Source: an uncultured Candidatus Saccharibacteria bacterium (GTDB lineage Bacteria; Patescibacteriota; Minisyncoccia; Phycocordibacterales; CAIZIN01). From it: 39,659 bases of DNA. Position numbers and translations under genes: made by a program. Shown piece after piece: positions 38,275 through 39,659 of this stretch. Position 1 is the stretch's first letter, and each line of letters opens with the position of its first letter. The notes beneath the pieces are model-generated. The model was not told where the DNA came from. It saw only the letters and a program-made list of their open reading frames with translations, and made no database searches. The stretch lies in assembly GCA_964483025.1 (NCBI GenBank), contig CAYZZT010000002.1:1-39659 (forward strand), written 5' to 3'.

Positions 38275-39210
38275 CTAATCCTTAAAATTCCTCAGAAACT
38301 CATACGCTGTAAAATCTCTATCGCTACCCCTACTGTTCCATTTTATAAAAACAGTAACTTTCATTTCTGTTGCTTTTAGCCAATCAGTTAGAATAGGATC
38401 CCCATTTGTGGGTTCAATTTTTATCATTCTCTTAAAAATAGTTTTCGTCCCCCCCGTATCGTGGGAATATAATCCATTGGCATCTCTATATAAAAAAGTG
38501 TCAGCTTCATCAATTCCAGGAGATAAAGTATATAATAAACTGGGGCTCTTTGCTATAACACATTTTGCTACAATATCATCCTCACATCCAATAAGACCAT
38601 TATTCCAAGAGTATGTACTATCTAAAAAATAAGTATTATTATCTCGAATTTTTCTAATTTGTTCAAAGGCGTCTTGTGCAAGATAAAAAGCAGTAATTTG
38701 ATCCCTTGCATAAATAGCTGCTTTCAAGCTTTCAGAAGCATAATAAAGGGGTCCGCTAACAGAAAGCATAAGAATAGATATAGCCACAAGAGTTTCAACG
38801 AGGGTGAAGGCTCTCGATCTGTCATTCCGGCGGAGGCCGGCTTCACAAGTATTTTTCTGCTGAAAAATCTTCTGAACACGACTCAGCTCGTCAGCTTCCG
38901 TCCTTGCAGTCGGGTCCCATCCCGACTTCACCAGTCTGAAAAATTCAGAACTTGGATCAATAATATTTTTCTGCTGAAAAATTTCCTGATCACGACTCGG
39001 GTCAAAAGTATTTTTCTCCTGAAAAATCTTTTCACCATGTCTCGCACCGTCGTGCTCCGACCTTGCGTTCGGGTCCCATCCCAAACTCACGTCAGCCTCC
39101 GTCCTTGCGCTCGGAAACTCTTCCGAGCTCACCCCGGAGTACCGAGGACGACGCAAAACATAGTCGCTTTGCTTGTTGTTTTGTGTCGTTTTTTTAAATA
39201 TATTTCTCAT
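38275..39210 (-). CDS. prepilin-type N-terminal cleavage/methylation domain protein with ~135-aa repeat-encoded N-terminal extension
   Basis: RAFTLVETLVAISILMLSVSG is a class III signal/pilin N-terminus. No ATG/GTG/TTG lies within about 45 codons upstream of it. The upstream part is built of repeat modules (GWDPxARxE x2, KIFQxKN x3). Confidence 0.65.
   Translation of the reverse strand: MRNIFKKTTQNNKQSDYVLRRPRYSGVSSEEFPSARTEADVSLGWDPNARSEHDGARHGEKIFQEKNTFDPSRDQEIFQQKNIIDPSSEFFRLVKSGWDPTARTEADELSRVQKIFQQKNTCEAGLRRNDRSRAFTLVETLVAISILMLSVSGPLYYASESLKAAIYARDQITAFYLAQDAFEQIRKIRDNNTYFLDSTYSWNNGLIGCEDDIVAKCVIAKSPSLLYTLSPGIDEADTFLYRDANGLYSHDTGGTKTIFKRMIKIEPTNGDPILTDWLKATEMKVTVFIKWNSRGSDRDFTAYEFLRNFKD
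38821..38933 (+). repeat. ~113-nt modular element, related copy of the ligA insert
   Basis: GTCATTCCGGCGGAGGCCGG...AAGTATTTTTCTGCTGAAAAATCTTCTG..CACGACTCAGCTCGTCAGCTTCCGTCCTTGC..GGGTCCCATCCCGA. Scrambled partial copies extend to about 39135. Confidence 0.8.
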
Positions 39211-39218
39211 AATTGTAT

Positions 39219-39659
39219 TTAAATCCCAGGTTTTCTTTGGGTAACTGTTGTTTGTATATGAAAATCCGAACTCACTCTCTCATTTAATTTCACAACTCCC
39301 TCTATAACTATTATAGCACTTGGTTGTCCAGATCCTCTTCCATCAATAAACATTAAATTTTTAATATCAACTTCTGGGGCTGTGATGGGGCCCGGATTTG
39401 ATTCTGTCCGCATTAGCCGATTGATATCATCTCCTGTTGTACCCAGGGAATAAGTCACCGTGCCACCCAATATTTGATCATCGACTGATACCTTCTCACA
39501 GATAAAACCAACACAGTCTGAGAAGGTCATGTTTGTCCCTGTTTTTAAAGACCTCGTCATTGTTTCAAGGGCAAAATTTAAATTATTCATCACAGATTTC
39601 ATTGCTTGAGCTCTTTTATTTGAATCTACAACAGAAAGAATAGCTGTCATTGAAATCAT
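39219..39659 (-). CDS. pilin-like/pseudopilin protein, 5'-truncated by the window edge
   Basis: The frame is open to the window end. Same operon as the two downstream pilin-like genes. No N-terminal motif is visible. Confidence 0.5.
   Translation of the reverse strand: MISMTAILSVVDSNKRAQAMKSVMNNLNFALETMTRSLKTGTNMTFSDCVGFICEKVSVDDQILGGTVTYSLGTTGDDINRLMRTESNPGPITAPEVDIKNLMFIDGRGSGQPSAIIVIEGVVKLNERVSSDFHIQTTVTQRKPGI

Noticed and set aside
38179-39222. ORFs 38179..38379 (+), 38408..38632 (+) and 38659..39222 (+)
   Set aside because: They are antisense shadows of the pilin-like gene or translations of repeat DNA, for example FRLDSCLRRNDMH. The palindromic repeats stay open on both strands, which inflates ORF calls.

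Overview
This is a 39.7-kb AT-rich bacterial fragment. The gene content and style suggest a small-genome Patescibacteria/CPR-type organism, by inference only. The cues are tiny intergenic gaps, ATGA/TAATG stop-start overlaps, gatCA and NAD-ligase next to type IV pilin-like genes, a LAGLIDADG gene plus a group I intron, and many secreted or membrane hypotheticals.

Blocks:
(1) 1-1.7 kb: phage/plasmid-like small genes on the + strand, three of which share one C-terminal module.
(2) 2.6-10.8 kb: a five-gene minus-strand operon, hsdM-hsdS-[OLD-family ATPase/Toprim nuclease]-[248-aa unknown]-hsdR. This is a Type I R-M system with a two-gene insert and is the best candidate for an undescribed defence module.
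(3) 10.9-13.1 kb: secreted or anchored proteins, including a surface-protein gene split by one in-frame TAG.
(4) 13.2-23.0 kb: an envelope-glycan cluster with a flippase, GT2, GT4, a deacetylase, a pyruvyl transferase and two very large polytopic membrane proteins.
(5) 23.1-29.9 kb: an integrative-element-like + strand module with a 171-aa mini family-X polymerase, a Prim-Pol/P-loop replicase and a large serine recombinase.
(6) 29.9-31.7 kb: a tRNA hot spot. tRNA-Asp(GUC) is interrupted in its anticodon by a 237-nt group I intron. A LAGLIDADG endonuclease gene overlaps its 5' end and the recombinase gene overlaps its 3' end. Two CAT-anticodon tRNAs follow, then a duplicated tRNA 3' end.
(7) 31.7-39.7 kb: gatA, gatC, ligA and three pilin-like genes in a region saturated with modular palindromic repeats. 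These include perfect 116-bp inverted copies flanking ligA plus one pilin gene, a repeat-built in-frame insertion of about 98 aa inside LigA, and repeat-built pilin leader peptides.

I saw no rRNA and no CRISPR array. All family assignments rest on motif recognition by eye; no searches were run.
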